Shown: piece by piece, positions 30,638 to 42,066 of the stretch | Position numbering within the stretch: the stretch's first letter is position 1 | How the letters are laid out: every line of letters starts with the position of its first letter | The notes under the pieces: model-generated | Told to the model about the DNA's origin: nothing | Seen by the model: only the letters and a program-made list of their open reading frames with translations | Database searches by the model: none | DNA from: Aureliella sp. | GTDB lineage: Bacteria > Planctomycetota > Planctomycetia > Pirellulales > Pirellulaceae | DNA length: 64,000 nucleotides | Assembly (NCBI GenBank): GCA_963691875.1 | Contig: OY829846.1 | Span: forward strand, 1,056,001 to 1,120,000 | Direction: 5' to 3' | Made by a program: the position numbers and the translations under genes

Positions 30638-31147
30638 ATGGCAATAGCAGTAGATACAGATCGCCTCATTGTTCTACTGGTCGACGCCGATGTAGACATT
30701 CTTAAGTCTGTCGAATACGACTTTCGACGAGCAGGGGTACAAACGCACTCGGCGATATCAGCCAACGAAGCCTGGGTATTGTTGAAGCATTTCACCGTCG
30801 ACGCTGTGCTCGTTGACAACCGAATGATGGGGCTATCCGACGCAAGTTTTCTGAAAGAACCCAGTCACACTCACCCCCACATTGAGAGATTCATGCTATC
30901 TCGCTAGATTTCTCAGATGCACCACGCTGCATCTCCCGCTATAAACAAATTCCAACACTGCTATGAAAAGCGATGTGATCACAACCGAGTCATCGAGCCA
31001 AGTCATCAAATTCCAGTCCCGGCTCGCAGCTCGGATGCCACGCCGCCGGATCGATTCCGGAAATGTATTTCGCCGACAATTCAAGGTTTAGGAATTCTGC
31101 TCATCCCACTAAAAGCTCGCTCAAATCGGCACGGAACCTCCGGCTGA
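30638..31147 (+). pseudogene. Degenerate response-regulator receiver domain
   Basis: VLLVDAD..DAVLVDNRMMG..RFMLS, then TAG at 30905-30907, then the same frame continues with AIN..YEKRCD (resembles the KP motif). 3' end uncertain. Confidence 0.55.
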
Positions 31148-31149
31148 AG

Positions 31150-32427
31150 TCAACCTTTCACACGGAGCAGGCCGAACTTCTTCTTGCCGCGTCGCAGCAC
31201 AATCGTGGATTCACTCGCTAGATCGGCCACGGTCAAGACTTTGTCGTCACCGACCTTTACGTTGTTCACGCTGGCGCCACCTTCTTTCGCAGTACGGCGT
31301 GCATCGCTCTTGCTCGTCGCGACGCCGGCTGCGGCGAGAGCATCAACGATGTTGATCCCATCGGACAAATCGGCTTGAGTGACTTCACCGCTGGGAACGC
31401 CAGAGAAAATCTGGTCGATCTGAGCGTCAGTCATGCCGGTGATTTCTGCCTTGCCGAAGAGGATCTCACGCGCCTTTTCGGCAGTTTGCAGTGCTTCAGC
31501 GCCATGGATGAACTCCGTCAGCCAAGTTGCTAATTTTGTTTGAGCCGCTCGCTTGCCAGGATCTTCTAATGTTTGCTTTTCAAGATCCATGCATTCGTCT
31601 TGATCGATTTCCGTCAAGAACTTGATACACATCATCACATCGGAATCTGGCACGTTGTACCAGTATTGGAAGAACTCGTAGGGCGATGTTCTTCCACCAT
31701 CCAACCAAACAGCACCGTTCGCCGTTTTGCCCATTTTGCTTCCATCACTAGTCAGCAGAAGCGGACAAGTCATCGCTTGCAAATGCTTACCATGCATTCG
31801 ACGCGCGAGGTCAATTCCGGCTGTGATGTTGCCCCATTGATCGCTGCCTCCGACCTGCAGTGCGCAGTCGTACTTCTCGGCTAGGTGGGCAAAATCATAG
31901 GCTTGAAGCAGCATATAGCTAAACTCGGTATAGCTCAGCCCACTATCTTCCTTGCCGAGTCGCGTCTTCACCGAGTCCTTTGCCAACATCACGTTGACAG
32001 GGAAATTCTTACCAACCTCACGCAGGAAATCGATGTACGACCAGCTGCCCATCCAGTCGAAATTATTGACTAATAATGCAGGCTGATCCGCGGTGAAATC
32101 GAGAAAGCGGCTCATCTGCTCGCGCAGGCCGTTGACATTTTCTTCCAGGATTGCCGGCGACAAAAGGTTGCGTTCTTGGCTTTTGCCACTGGGATCTCCA
32201 ATCATTCCCGTCGCGCCGCCAACCAACGCGATCGGACGGTGCCCGAACTGTTGGAATCGTCGGAGAGTCATCAGCGGCAGTAGGCTACCCGCATGCAAGC
32301 TGGAGGCGGTTGGATCAAACCCCACGTAAACCGTTTGCGGCTTGGAGAGCAGTTCGGTCAGTTCCCTTTCGTCCGTGCTTTGATGCAGTAGGCCCCGCCA
32401 GCGGAGTTCTACCAAAATGTCTTTCAT
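31150..32427 (-). CDS. tyrS: Tyrosine--tRNA ligase
   Basis: GFDPTASSLHAG, GDPSGK, QAYDF, GGSDQWGNI, KMGKT and an S4-like C-terminus. Confidence 0.97.
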   Translation of the reverse strand: MKDILVELRWRGLLHQSTDERELTELLSKPQTVYVGFDPTASSLHAGSLLPLMTLRRFQQFGHRPIALVGGATGMIGDPSGKSQERNLLSPAILEENVNGLREQMSRFLDFTADQPALLVNNFDWMGSWSYIDFLREVGKNFPVNVMLAKDSVKTRLGKEDSGLSYTEFSYMLLQAYDFAHLAEKYDCALQVGGSDQWGNITAGIDLARRMHGKHLQAMTCPLLLTSDGSKMGKTANGAVWLDGGRTSPYEFFQYWYNVPDSDVMMCIKFLTEIDQDECMDLEKQTLEDPGKRAAQTKLATWLTEFIHGAEALQTAEKAREILFGKAEITGMTDAQIDQIFSGVPSGEVTQADLSDGINIVDALAAAGVATSKSDARRTAKEGGASVNNVKVGDDKVLTVADLASESTIVLRRGKKKFGLLRVKG

Positions 32428-32518
32428 TGCTTCTGATACTTCCAGGAAAGGTTCTGTGTGCCTGCCAGCATGGATGCAGGTCGTCAGCCGTCAGCTCGCG
32501 ATGATTCTCAATCATGCG

Positions 32519-33253
32519 TTACTCGAAGGGAAATGCCTTCGGTTTCGGTCTGGCTCTCAGAGCCAGCTGCACGAACTTCAAGTCCGCTCGGGTTGTTACT
32601 TTAATGTTCAATGGGCTCCCTTCAACCACTGTTACCGTTTCACCCTGTGCTTCCATTAACGAGGCTTCATCCGTTGCACGGCTGGCGTTTTCACTGGCGG
32701 CATAGGCCCTAAGAAGCTTTTCTCGATTGAAAACTTGCGGAGTTTGGGCAAGCCAGACGTTGTCGCGGGGCACCGTTTCAACAACGGCATTCTCTTGGTT
32801 TGTGCGCTTCAAAGTAGCGGAACAGCGGGTGCCGAGTAGGGCTGCTCCTGTTTTCCGAACTTCTGCGAACACCGCATCAATATCGGCTTCGCTAATGCAG
32901 GGACGAGCCGCGTCGTGAATCGCAACGAACTCCAAATCCTCTCGAACGACCTCCAGTGCATTGCGAACACTGTCGGCTCGCTCTGCGCCACCGAGCACTG
33001 TTTGAATCCCAAGGATGGCCGCGTTGGCGCCGAACTTCTGCTTGAAATCCTCTTCGTCCTCTGGCGAGATTACAATCAACAACTGCCCCACATCATCACG
33101 TGCAGAAAACTTTTCCGCTGAGAAAAGCCACAATGGCTTCGTTTCGATGGTCGTAAAGACCTTCTTTGTGTTCGGATCACCAAACCGGCTACTCTTCCCC
33201 GCCGCCGCCAAAATCACAGCAAATTTACTCACGCTCAATTTTTCCTGTAGCAA
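32519..33253 (-). CDS. ispD: 2-C-methyl-D-erythritol 4-phosphate cytidylyltransferase
   Basis: AAGKSSRFG, GGAERADSV, IHDAARP, QTPQVF, TDEASL and NIKVTT. Confidence 0.95.
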   Translation of the reverse strand: MLQEKLSVSKFAVILAAAGKSSRFGDPNTKKVFTTIETKPLWLFSAEKFSARDDVGQLLIVISPEDEEDFKQKFGANAAILGIQTVLGGAERADSVRNALEVVREDLEFVAIHDAARPCISEADIDAVFAEVRKTGAALLGTRCSATLKRTNQENAVVETVPRDNVWLAQTPQVFNREKLLRAYAASENASRATDEASLMEAQGETVTVVEGSPLNIKVTTRADLKFVQLALRARPKPKAFPFE

Positions 33254-33333
33254 ACGTTTGGGGATCCGAAAGCGAATTGCCTTCGCTATTCTAGATGCAG
33301 GTCGGCATTGTAGGCTTTTTCCGAGGTGATATT

Positions 33334-34458
33334 TTGAAGTTTGAGCGTGTTGCGATTGAGGCGATTGGCTTTACCTTGCCGCCAGAAGTGGTGACGTCGG
33401 CGAATATCGAGACGTCGCTTGGTCCGGTCTACGAAAGGCTGAAATTGCCCGAGGGTCGGCTAGCTCTGATGAGTGGAATCGATGAGCGTCGATTCTGGAA
33501 GCCTGGAACCGCGATTGGCGCACCAAGTGCTGAAAGTGCGAGGAACGCCTTAGAGGCGACTCACCTCGAACCCAATGACATCGGTTGCTTGATTCATGCA
33601 AGTGTTTGCCGAGATTACTTAGAACCGGCTACTGCATGCCGAGTTCACGCTGAATTAGGCTTGGGAAATGATTGCTGGGTCTACGATTTGTCCAACGCAT
33701 GCTTGGGAATTCTGTCCGGCATGGTTCAGATCGCCACAATGATCGAGCGTGGAGCCATACGCGCTGGCATCGTTGTTGGTACGGAGAGTGGACGAAATCT
33801 GGTCGAGTCGACTATAGCGGCTTTGAATGCAGACGAGTCGCTGACACGTAAATCGATCAAACCGTCCTTTGCGTCGCTAACGATTGGCTCAGGCAGCTGC
33901 GCCATTTTGCTTTGCGACCGTGAATTGAGTCAGACAGGCAATCGTTTGGAAGCTTGTGTTGCGCGAGCAGAGTGCGAGCATCATAAGTTGTGCCAAAGCG
34001 ATACCGATCAAGCTGGCGCTGGCATGCAGCCTCTGATGCAAACCGACTCCGAACAACTTTTGCACGCGGGAGTCGGCGTCGGAGTTCGCACCTTTGAGCA
34101 ACTGCTTGGCGAGGGCTATGAAAGAGCAGATTGGGACCGAACCGTTTGCCATCAAGTTGGCTCGACGCACCGCAATCTCATGTTGGAGTCGCTCGACATG
34201 CCGCTGACCCAAGATGTTTCTACGTTTCGTTGGCTGGGAAATACCGGCTCGGTTGCCTTGCCAACGGCACTCGCGATGGGCTTGTTGAGTGAACAGATTC
34301 AGCCTGGGCAACAAGCCGCTTTGCTGGGTATCGGCTCTGGAATCAACTCAGTCATGCTGGCTACGCACTGGGAACGCCCCTCGGTAGCCGGGATATTAGA
34401 CGAGAACGCAAAAAAGAATCTGAGTCTTGAGTCAGCAGCCCCATCACCGGTGAATTGA
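33334..34458 (+). CDS. 3-oxoacyl-ACP synthase III family, OleA-like
   Basis: SVCRDYLEPATA (OleA-type Glu), SNACLG (catalytic Cys), CHQVG, GNTG and GIGSG. TTG start at 33334 after GAGGTG. Confidence 0.85.
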   Translation: MKFERVAIEAIGFTLPPEVVTSANIETSLGPVYERLKLPEGRLALMSGIDERRFWKPGTAIGAPSAESARNALEATHLEPNDIGCLIHASVCRDYLEPATACRVHAELGLGNDCWVYDLSNACLGILSGMVQIATMIERGAIRAGIVVGTESGRNLVESTIAALNADESLTRKSIKPSFASLTIGSGSCAILLCDRELSQTGNRLEACVARAECEHHKLCQSDTDQAGAGMQPLMQTDSEQLLHAGVGVGVRTFEQLLGEGYERADWDRTVCHQVGSTHRNLMLESLDMPLTQDVSTFRWLGNTGSVALPTALAMGLLSEQIQPGQQAALLGIGSGINSVMLATHWERPSVAGILDENAKKNLSLESAAPSPVN

Positions 34459-35299
34459 GCTCCGACATCCTCGTCATGCTTGCCCGATGCTCAAATGGAT
34501 TTCCCGCTGCAATGTATCGTGATCGGCATTAGCTCCTCAAAATGGGCTAAAAGCGATTGTGGAAATAGAAGACTTCGAAATACTGCTTCCTGTGGAGAAC
34601 ACTGCGGCCGACTTTTATCGACTGGTAGGGGAACCGCAACACTTCAAAATTGTTGAGACTACGAGCGATTCACGGCCAGTCGCAGAGCACTTTTGTCCTC
34701 CCTAATACTGCATCTATTTTTCACCCCGTGAACCGATTGAAGTCTACACGGTCGGGCAGCAACACATTGGCGTCGTACGGAATACAGCCAAGGCGAAGCA
34801 TTCATCGATCTCGGAATGATGGTTGGGTTCCTGCGTTTCGAAGATATGCATCTCAAGCAAGACAATTCTAAGGCCGATCAATTCCGAACAGTTACAATCG
34901 CCGGTGTAGAGATGGAGCAAAAGGACTCTTACTGAAGCGAGAACGTCACTTCCGCGAAGGTCAAACAAGGTCAGAAGCAATTGCTTCCAGAAAATGGAGC
35001 TCAGGCGCGTTAAATTAATCGGATTTATGAATCTCGACCAACTAGACCAATACGCCAAAAATGTCGATCTTCGGGTCGCTCAAGTCTCGCAGAAAACGCG
35101 TTTGGCGACCATAAATAAATACCCGGAGCATGTCATGCCTGCTTGCAAGGCGAAGAGTACGGATGCGACAATACGTCAGCGGCGGTCACTCACTGCTATT
35201 GCGTTATATGGAATGCGAAACCTCGAACGTTTGCACCTCCATCCGCCCCACAGCAAACGGTTTTAGAACTCCATCGCACGAAACCTGTGCGCAAAGCAT

Positions 35300-37923
35300 A
35301 TGACAAAGATCCTAGAGAATACTTGGTGGTCCCTGCGATGGTTGCTGCTGCTATGGATGCTGGCCTTAACAGGTTGCGGTGGGTGTTTCTCCAGCTCGGA
35401 CGAAAAAAAACTAACGAAAGAAGAACTGGAAAAGAAGGCTAAGGAACAGCGTGAGTCGCTGGAGTGGAAGGATCTAGTCTCCCTACCTGCTGACAGCGAT
35501 GCGAAATTCTTGTTTGCCAAGCCTGGCCACTGGATGGAATCGCGGCAAGTTTTTAAGTCGAACCGCGAAGATCTGCAGATTGTCGCAGTCAACGCTTTGA
35601 CACGGGCCGGCAAGGAATTGCGAATCCCTGGCACGAATTTCACCAACGAATTCACACGGCGCACGAGTTTGCCGAAGGGACAAGAAAAGAATATTGACCT
35701 GCAGTGCTTTGTGCCCTCTTCCTCTGTCGTGCAAGATAACTTTTCGGCGGTCAGCACTCGCCTGACTTTTCGGACAGAGCTGCTTTCATATCCGTTGATG
35801 ACCCCCATCCTGCAAGCACCAGCGATCAAGACGGCGGAAGAGCTGAAGGACAATGAGTTCCAGCTGGTCGTCTTGGGGCCGAAACCGCGAGCCTACTCCT
35901 ACCTAACGGTCCTTGATGCAATCTATTGGTCAGGCGACGAGTTGATGACTGACGAACGGGTTCGCAGTTATCGCGTCACCATGGCCAACCCCGTCAACAA
36001 CAAATATGCTCTGCCAAAATCACTTTTAACAATGACGACCGTCGCGGTGATTCTTTGGGATGACGTCGATCCGACACCTTGTACGACGATCAAAAACGAG
36101 CGATTGTTGACTGGATCCACTGGGGGGGCCAAATTGTGGTCAGCGGGCCAAATAGCTGGGCTCGATTAGAGAATTCTTTCCTCAGCCCATATCTGCCAGC
36201 AGCTTCGGCGAGTCCAACTGAGTTGACCTCTGACAGTTTTGCGAGCATCTCTCAGCATTGGATGACTGATGACCTCAACCGGAACAATCCAAGTCGTGCC
36301 ATTGAAATCGTAGGCGACCCAATCAGTGGAGTGAGTTTTGAGCTCAAGGAAGGTTCGCAATGGCTACCGGAAACCGGAAAAATGGTAGCCGAGAATCAAG
36401 TTGGCCGTGGCCGGGTTGTTATGACCTCTTTTCCGCTCAATGACCCACAAATTTTTCGTTGGCAGTATTACTCTAGCTTCTTCTCAACGGGCCTTTTGCG
36501 ACGGCATCCGCGAACTATCACAACGAAAACGCAAAACAGACTACCTACTCAAGTTTGGACAGCACCTTTTGAAAGCTCCATTCGCGATGCACGATTGCAT
36601 AGCAATTTGCGCATCCTGACTCGCGATCTTCCTCAGGTAAATTTACGAAGCAAATCAGATGGGGAGGATCAGGCAGAGTTGGATGACGAAACTTTGGCCG
36701 GCCAAGGCGGAGATGCATTCGTGCGGGTGAAGGAAAACAAACTGAACACGCCGGAGAAGCACGAAGCTATGCAGTGGGGAGGTCGTGGAGCAGCTTGGAA
36801 CGATTACTCCGGCATGTCCTATCAAGCCATCAATGCGCTGCGTTCGGCGGCCGGAATCGAGTTGCCTTCGCGAACGACGATCGTCTATTTGCTCGGCGGC
36901 TACTTGTTGCTCTTAGTCCCTTTGAACTGGGCTTTCTTCCGGCTGGTTGGGCGTCTTGAATTTGCTTGGATCGCCGCGCCCGTTATGGCTATCACGGGAG
37001 CTTTGGTTGTCACCAAAGTCGCCCGGCTGGATATCGGATTTGCTCGTCGCACGACTGAGATCGCTGTCTTGGAATTGCATGGCACGCATGACCGCGGTCA
37101 CTTGACTCAATACCTAGCGCTCTACACTTCCTTGTCCACGAACTACGCAGTGCAATTCCCTGAAAATGACAGCGTTGCTCTGCCCCTGGGGAATTTTTCA
37201 CGAGACTTCCGGCGAGCAGGCAGCGGCGAGCGAGCTCTACGAACGAATTACGGTCGAGCAGATGGAGTCACCTTGGAGCCGCTCACCGTTTACTCAAGCT
37301 CAACGGAAATGTTGCATGCAGAGCAAATGGTATCGCTTGACGGTGGCTTGCGTCTTGGTAGCCGCAGCGACGGTGCGGCCGCACTCAAGAATGACACTGG
37401 AATCGAATTGAAAGGCGCACTTGTTCTGCGGCGAAATGTCCGCGGTGCGGTAGAGATGGCTTGGCTCGGCGAGCTTGCTTCAGAGCAGACCGCCACACTC
37501 GATTTCAAGCCGACAGACGGTGCCCCCACAACGCTTTGGAGCGAGTGGGATGCCGACCCGATTACCCGGCGGCAACTGCCCGGAAAAGATGGCAATGCAG
37601 AACAACTTTGGCTGGGTGGAGTACTGAAGGACCTGGTCACCAAGACACCGCTAATGCCTGGACAAACGCGTTTATTCGGCTACACGGAGAATCGCTTAGG
37701 GCGGCTTAAAGTCTCGCCCAACGAGGATCAGTATTCTGGTTGTTGCGTGGTTGTAGCCCACCTAACTCCAGAGACTCTAGGCGTGCCTGTGGCAGAGCCA
37801 CGTATTCGCAGCCGAGGCAAGGGAGCGGAGCAAAGAAAAGGAGATCTAGAAAACGCCGTTCGTGAGAATTTGAAGTACAGTCCAGACGAGTCAGCGGAAT
37901 CCGCAGACGGCGTTAACCGGTGA
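35300..37923 (+). CDS. Large lipoprotein/membrane protein (ABC-associated), split by a 1-nt frameshift near 36071
   Basis: Lipobox LTGC. Adding one base at ~36071 joins VILWDDVDP to DTLYDDQKRAIVDWIHWGGQIVVSG. Two TM helices (YLLLLVPLNW, AWIAAPV). Confidence 0.75.
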
Positions 37924-38003
37924 TCGTAAGCGTTGAACACAAATCTGAATTACAAACCCTAAAGGCGGAATGTTTTCGCTCAAGCCGAGGTATTTGACGA
38001 TAG

Positions 38004-38930
38004 ATGATTGAGCTTTTTGATTTTGGTAAAGACTACGGCGACTTCACGGCAGTCCAGTCGTTGAATCTGAAGATTGAAGCTGGAGAGATGTTTGGCTTTA
38101 TCGGGCCGAACGGGGCCGGCAAGAGTACGACAATTCGTTACCTGGCTACGTTGCTCAAGGCCTCTAGAGGGGACGCAACGGTCAATGGGCACAGTGTGAA
38201 TAAGGATCCGATGGCCGTTCGCCGCAGTATCGGATACATGCCTGACGATTTCGGGGTTTACGACGGGATGAAAGTATGGGAGTTCTTGGACTTCTTCGCC
38301 GTTGCTTACAAGATCGGTAGATCGCAGCGTAAGAAAGTTATCATTGATGTCCTTGAGCTCTTGGACTTGGCCCACAAACGTGACGACTTTGTGAACGGTC
38401 TTTCTCGAGGCATGAAGCAGCGTTTGTGCTTGGCGAAGACTTTAGTTCACGATCCACCAGTGCTGATTCTCGATGAACCGACCAGTGGATTGGACCCGCG
38501 TGCTCGTATCGAAGTCAAGGCACTGCTCAAAGAGCTGAAACGAATGGGAAAGACCATTCTTATCAGTAGCCATATCCTATCTGAACTCGCCGATTGCTGT
38601 TCGTCGATCGGAATCATAGAACGTGGGCAGCTTTTGATGAGTGGTCCTATCGAGAATGTCTATCGCCAGATTAGACGCAATCGCGTCGTCGACATCCGAT
38701 TCAATGACAAGGCAGAAGCAGGTATCTCGATTCTCAGATCCTGTCCTGAACTCCGCGACATCGACATAGACGGCGATCGTGTTGTTGTCGAGTTGGAGGC
38801 GGACGACCAGCAGCTTGCCGACATCATGAACCGCATTATGGAAGAAGGCATTCCGATGCGAAGCTTCAACGATCAAGAGCCAACGCTTGAAGACGTCTTC
38901 ATGATGGTCACCAAGGGACTCGTGACCTAG
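38004..38930 (+). CDS. ABC transporter ATP-binding protein (ABC-2/CcmA-like)
   Basis: GPNGAGKST, LSRGMKQR, LDEPTSGLDP, SSHIL and TLEDVF. Confidence 0.93.
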   Translation: MIELFDFGKDYGDFTAVQSLNLKIEAGEMFGFIGPNGAGKSTTIRYLATLLKASRGDATVNGHSVNKDPMAVRRSIGYMPDDFGVYDGMKVWEFLDFFAVAYKIGRSQRKKVIIDVLELLDLAHKRDDFVNGLSRGMKQRLCLAKTLVHDPPVLILDEPTSGLDPRARIEVKALLKELKRMGKTILISSHILSELADCCSSIGIIERGQLLMSGPIENVYRQIRRNRVVDIRFNDKAEAGISILRSCPELRDIDIDGDRVVVELEADDQQLADIMNRIMEEGIPMRSFNDQEPTLEDVFMMVTKGLVT

Positions 38931-38960
38931 TGACCTAGTGACCTAGTGACCTAGTGACCT
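38922..38960. repeat. Tandem octamer (GTGACCTA) x ~5 spanning the stop codon
   Basis: Four full copies of gtgaccta plus gtgacct. Confidence 0.95.
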
Positions 38961-39816
38961 GTCAAACTCGAACGAAAACGTTGTGGACTCGCCAAAATTC
39001 ACTATTTCATCTCTGGACGAGCCAATCAACGCCATCTACCAGATGCACCTTGTCGTAAAAAAGAGTTTTGAGACGGTCGTCGTGGCAAAGTGCTCTATTT
39101 CTGCTTCATTCAGTTTGCCACTTGCCCCATGCTAAATGGGGGTGACCATTGTTGAATTGATGATTCGGCGGCAGTTTTCATCGCGTTTAGGAATTGACGC
39201 GGTGTGCAGAACGCCCTGCCACCTAGGGTTCGAATCCCACGCTTCGTCATAACCGCTCGAAGAATTGTAAACGCATGGGATCCGGTGGTATTCATTGTTA
39301 AGCTATAGGACTCTCGATGTGTACCTAGTCAGTAATTCGCGACCATTATGCAATATCGGATTGTGCTGCTGCAGAAACTCAGCAGGGGTCATACCCATCC
39401 CGTGAGAGCATCTCAAATAGTCTGACAGCTCATACTCGGAGGCGACCTGAGATGGCTCGTAGCCCAGCATCAAAAAACACTCTCTGGGCCGCCATCAAGA
39501 TGCGGGCGTGTCGTTTCTTGTTGATCAGACCTCGCAGCAGGCAAATAAACCAGCTTCATGCCGCGCTGCTCCTGATGTAACTGTGACATCACAGCGCTAT
39601 GCTTGAGTCTGGTCCGCCGAAGTCCGGTTGAGGCTGCATTTGCTCCTAAATCAATCAAACAAAAGCCCTGCCCCTCAAAATGGGGCCGAAAAGTCCGTCG
39701 TTAGGCAAAGCTTGCGACTGCATCGATTGGCGTGCCGAAACCGAAATAGCAGAAATCTTCGGTAGACCACTTCGCTGCGTCAACCGTCGATGTTTCGTCC
39801 TGAATTTCGAGAGTAC

Positions 39817-41907
39817 TTACTTCACTGGTAGCCACTGCACGCCGTCGACGATGACGTGGCCATCTGCTCCTTTATTCGTTACAGTCAACTTGCCTTCGCT
39901 TGCGAACTCGAAGTCGCCAAGTGACAAGAACAATCCTTTGTCAGCTGGCTTCTCGCGCTGATCGATTTTGAAAGCAGAAGTGCCGTTAGCATGTTCAACC
40001 TTCACATCAACATTGCTCGCACGATTGCTGTTCGGAGTGTAGATGAGGCGAACCTCATAGCTACCTAACTTAGGAATCTTTGCCGCGAAGGTAGCTGAGC
40101 AGCTGCCATCCCCTATCGCGCCGTCATGCAAGTACCCTGTGCCGAGATAAGTTGGATGTGAAGTGCTCGATCGCCAGCGGCCCGTCAAAACCGCTTTGGA
40201 ATCGTCAACTACCAGACCGGGTAACCTTCTCGGGTCCAGTCCATTGCCGCTCACGTGGACGGTATGCTCCAGCACCTGTCCGTCTGCCAGGAGCCGAGAC
40301 TTCAGTCTCTCGTATTCGACATCTTGAACTGCAATTCGCTCGTCAATGGCAAGACAAGCTGCCGTCGCCGCACTCTGGCCGAGGATCATGAAAACCGGTT
40401 CCATGCGAATGGAACCAAATGCGATATGGGAACTCGACACGCATACTGGCACCATTAAATTCTCGCACTGCTCCTTCTTAGGAACCAACGATCCATAAGC
40501 GATCTGATAGGGCTTGCAGTGAACGCCGATATCGCCCTCGTTTTGAACGTATCCTTCAGGCGTGATGTATCGTTGCACATTGTGAGAATCGATCGTGTAG
40601 CTGCCCATCCCAACTGACTGGGGAGTCGGGCGCCGTTTGAGTAGTTCGTTTTCCGTCATCACGAATTGTCCGACCATCCGCCGCGCCTCGCGAATGTATA
40701 GCTGGTGTGACCAATTTCCATTGTCCGTGAACTCATCCTTAGGTAGTCCCCAAGTTCGCATTTCTTGCTGAACTTCCTTTGGCACCCGCGGATCATTGGC
40801 GATGAAATACAGCCAACCTTTCTGATAATCTTCGTGCTCCTGGATGATCGCTCGTCGTTCTTCATAAGTCCCTTCAGGATAGCCATAATTCATCCCAATG
40901 TTGTCCGTGCTCATCGGCCCATGGTTATTCGTATCCGTCTTATGATTGGGTATCGGATCGAACTTGCCGAAAGTCTCACGCCAGCCAGCAGCGAAAATTC
41001 GAGCCAACAATTCGTACTGCTTCGGGTCGTAGTTGTCGGGCTTCGAAAACGGAATGCGATTTTCGGGATCGTTCGTCAAGCACATGCGAAAGCAATACGC
41101 CTGGATGCGGTGGTCGCCCGCATGCTTCTCACCGGGTGATTCCGAGCTCACGCGCGCGAGAACGCCGCTTGTCGAATCACCCGGGATGACGTAGGGATCA
41201 ATACGTAGTTTCTTCGGAATAGCGTCGAAGTGATGTCGGTGGTGAAGCACTCCCGTTTGGACACCATTCCAGTCCTCTTCGTAGATGTCCTTCCCCTCAC
41301 GCCCTAGCCTGTAGTCGACGCCGGCGGCAGCCATTAAATCGCCTTCATAGGTAGCGTCAATAAAAATTTTGGCTTTGTAGCTCTTGCCGCTAAGCATCTC
41401 AATGGAGGCGATTCTGCCTGTTTCCATGAAAACTCCGTCTTTACGGTCGAGCCACTCATCCCGATGCACGGTAATGTCGTAGTCCGAGATGAAGCTCTCG
41501 TAGACTCGCTCCGCAACGCTGGGTTCAAAAATCCACATCGTTCGGTTGTTGCCATCGATCGCCGGGGTTCCTTGGCCGCGGCCCCCGTATGCCTCTTTCT
41601 TCTGAAACTTCCAAGTCTCCGGCTTCTCGTATTCCTGCCAGACTCGGTGATAGAAATGACGCGACAGGCCACCGATCACTTCCTTCTTTCCTGTGTCCGT
41701 CCACCCGAGTCCCCCGGAAGAAAGCCCGCCCAGATGTTTATCAGGACCGACAATGATGACCGACTTCCCCATCTTCTTGGCTTGGACGGCGGCGATGACT
41801 CCTGCCGATGTTCCACCGTAGACCACGATATCCGCGCTGTATTGGGCATTTGCACATTGAGTTATCGCAACTGCCAGACAAAACACGATAACGGTTTGGC
41901 GAATCAT
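39817..41907 (-). CDS. Secreted FAD-dependent oxidoreductase with C-terminal xanthan-lyase/golvesin-like domain
   Basis: Signal peptide; DIVVYGGTSAG, IDATYEGDL, YIREARR, SSSHIAFGSIRMEP; C-terminal NRASNV..IVDGVQW. Confidence 0.87.
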   Translation of the reverse strand: MIRQTVIVFCLAVAITQCANAQYSADIVVYGGTSAGVIAAVQAKKMGKSVIIVGPDKHLGGLSSGGLGWTDTGKKEVIGGLSRHFYHRVWQEYEKPETWKFQKKEAYGGRGQGTPAIDGNNRTMWIFEPSVAERVYESFISDYDITVHRDEWLDRKDGVFMETGRIASIEMLSGKSYKAKIFIDATYEGDLMAAAGVDYRLGREGKDIYEEDWNGVQTGVLHHRHHFDAIPKKLRIDPYVIPGDSTSGVLARVSSESPGEKHAGDHRIQAYCFRMCLTNDPENRIPFSKPDNYDPKQYELLARIFAAGWRETFGKFDPIPNHKTDTNNHGPMSTDNIGMNYGYPEGTYEERRAIIQEHEDYQKGWLYFIANDPRVPKEVQQEMRTWGLPKDEFTDNGNWSHQLYIREARRMVGQFVMTENELLKRRPTPQSVGMGSYTIDSHNVQRYITPEGYVQNEGDIGVHCKPYQIAYGSLVPKKEQCENLMVPVCVSSSHIAFGSIRMEPVFMILGQSAATAACLAIDERIAVQDVEYERLKSRLLADGQVLEHTVHVSGNGLDPRRLPGLVVDDSKAVLTGRWRSSTSHPTYLGTGYLHDGAIGDGSCSATFAAKIPKLGSYEVRLIYTPNSNRASNVDVKVEHANGTSAFKIDQREKPADKGLFLSLGDFEFASEGKLTVTNKGADGHVIVDGVQWLPVK

Positions 41908-42066
41908 GGGATGCAGGGCCTGAGCGAAGCGAATGGGAATAGTGACATTGGATACTCGATTATGACATTTAGTGCGTGACTCGACCATATAAAGAAAAAC
42001 AGGCCCAATGCGGACTCAACCATCCGTTCGCCGGGATACAAGTCTTTGGGCACTAGAGAGTCAGAC

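Noticed and set aside
34460..35290. ORFs in the gap after the OleA-like gene (possible oleB remnant)
   Set aside because: No alpha/beta-hydrolase or other recognisable motifs were seen.
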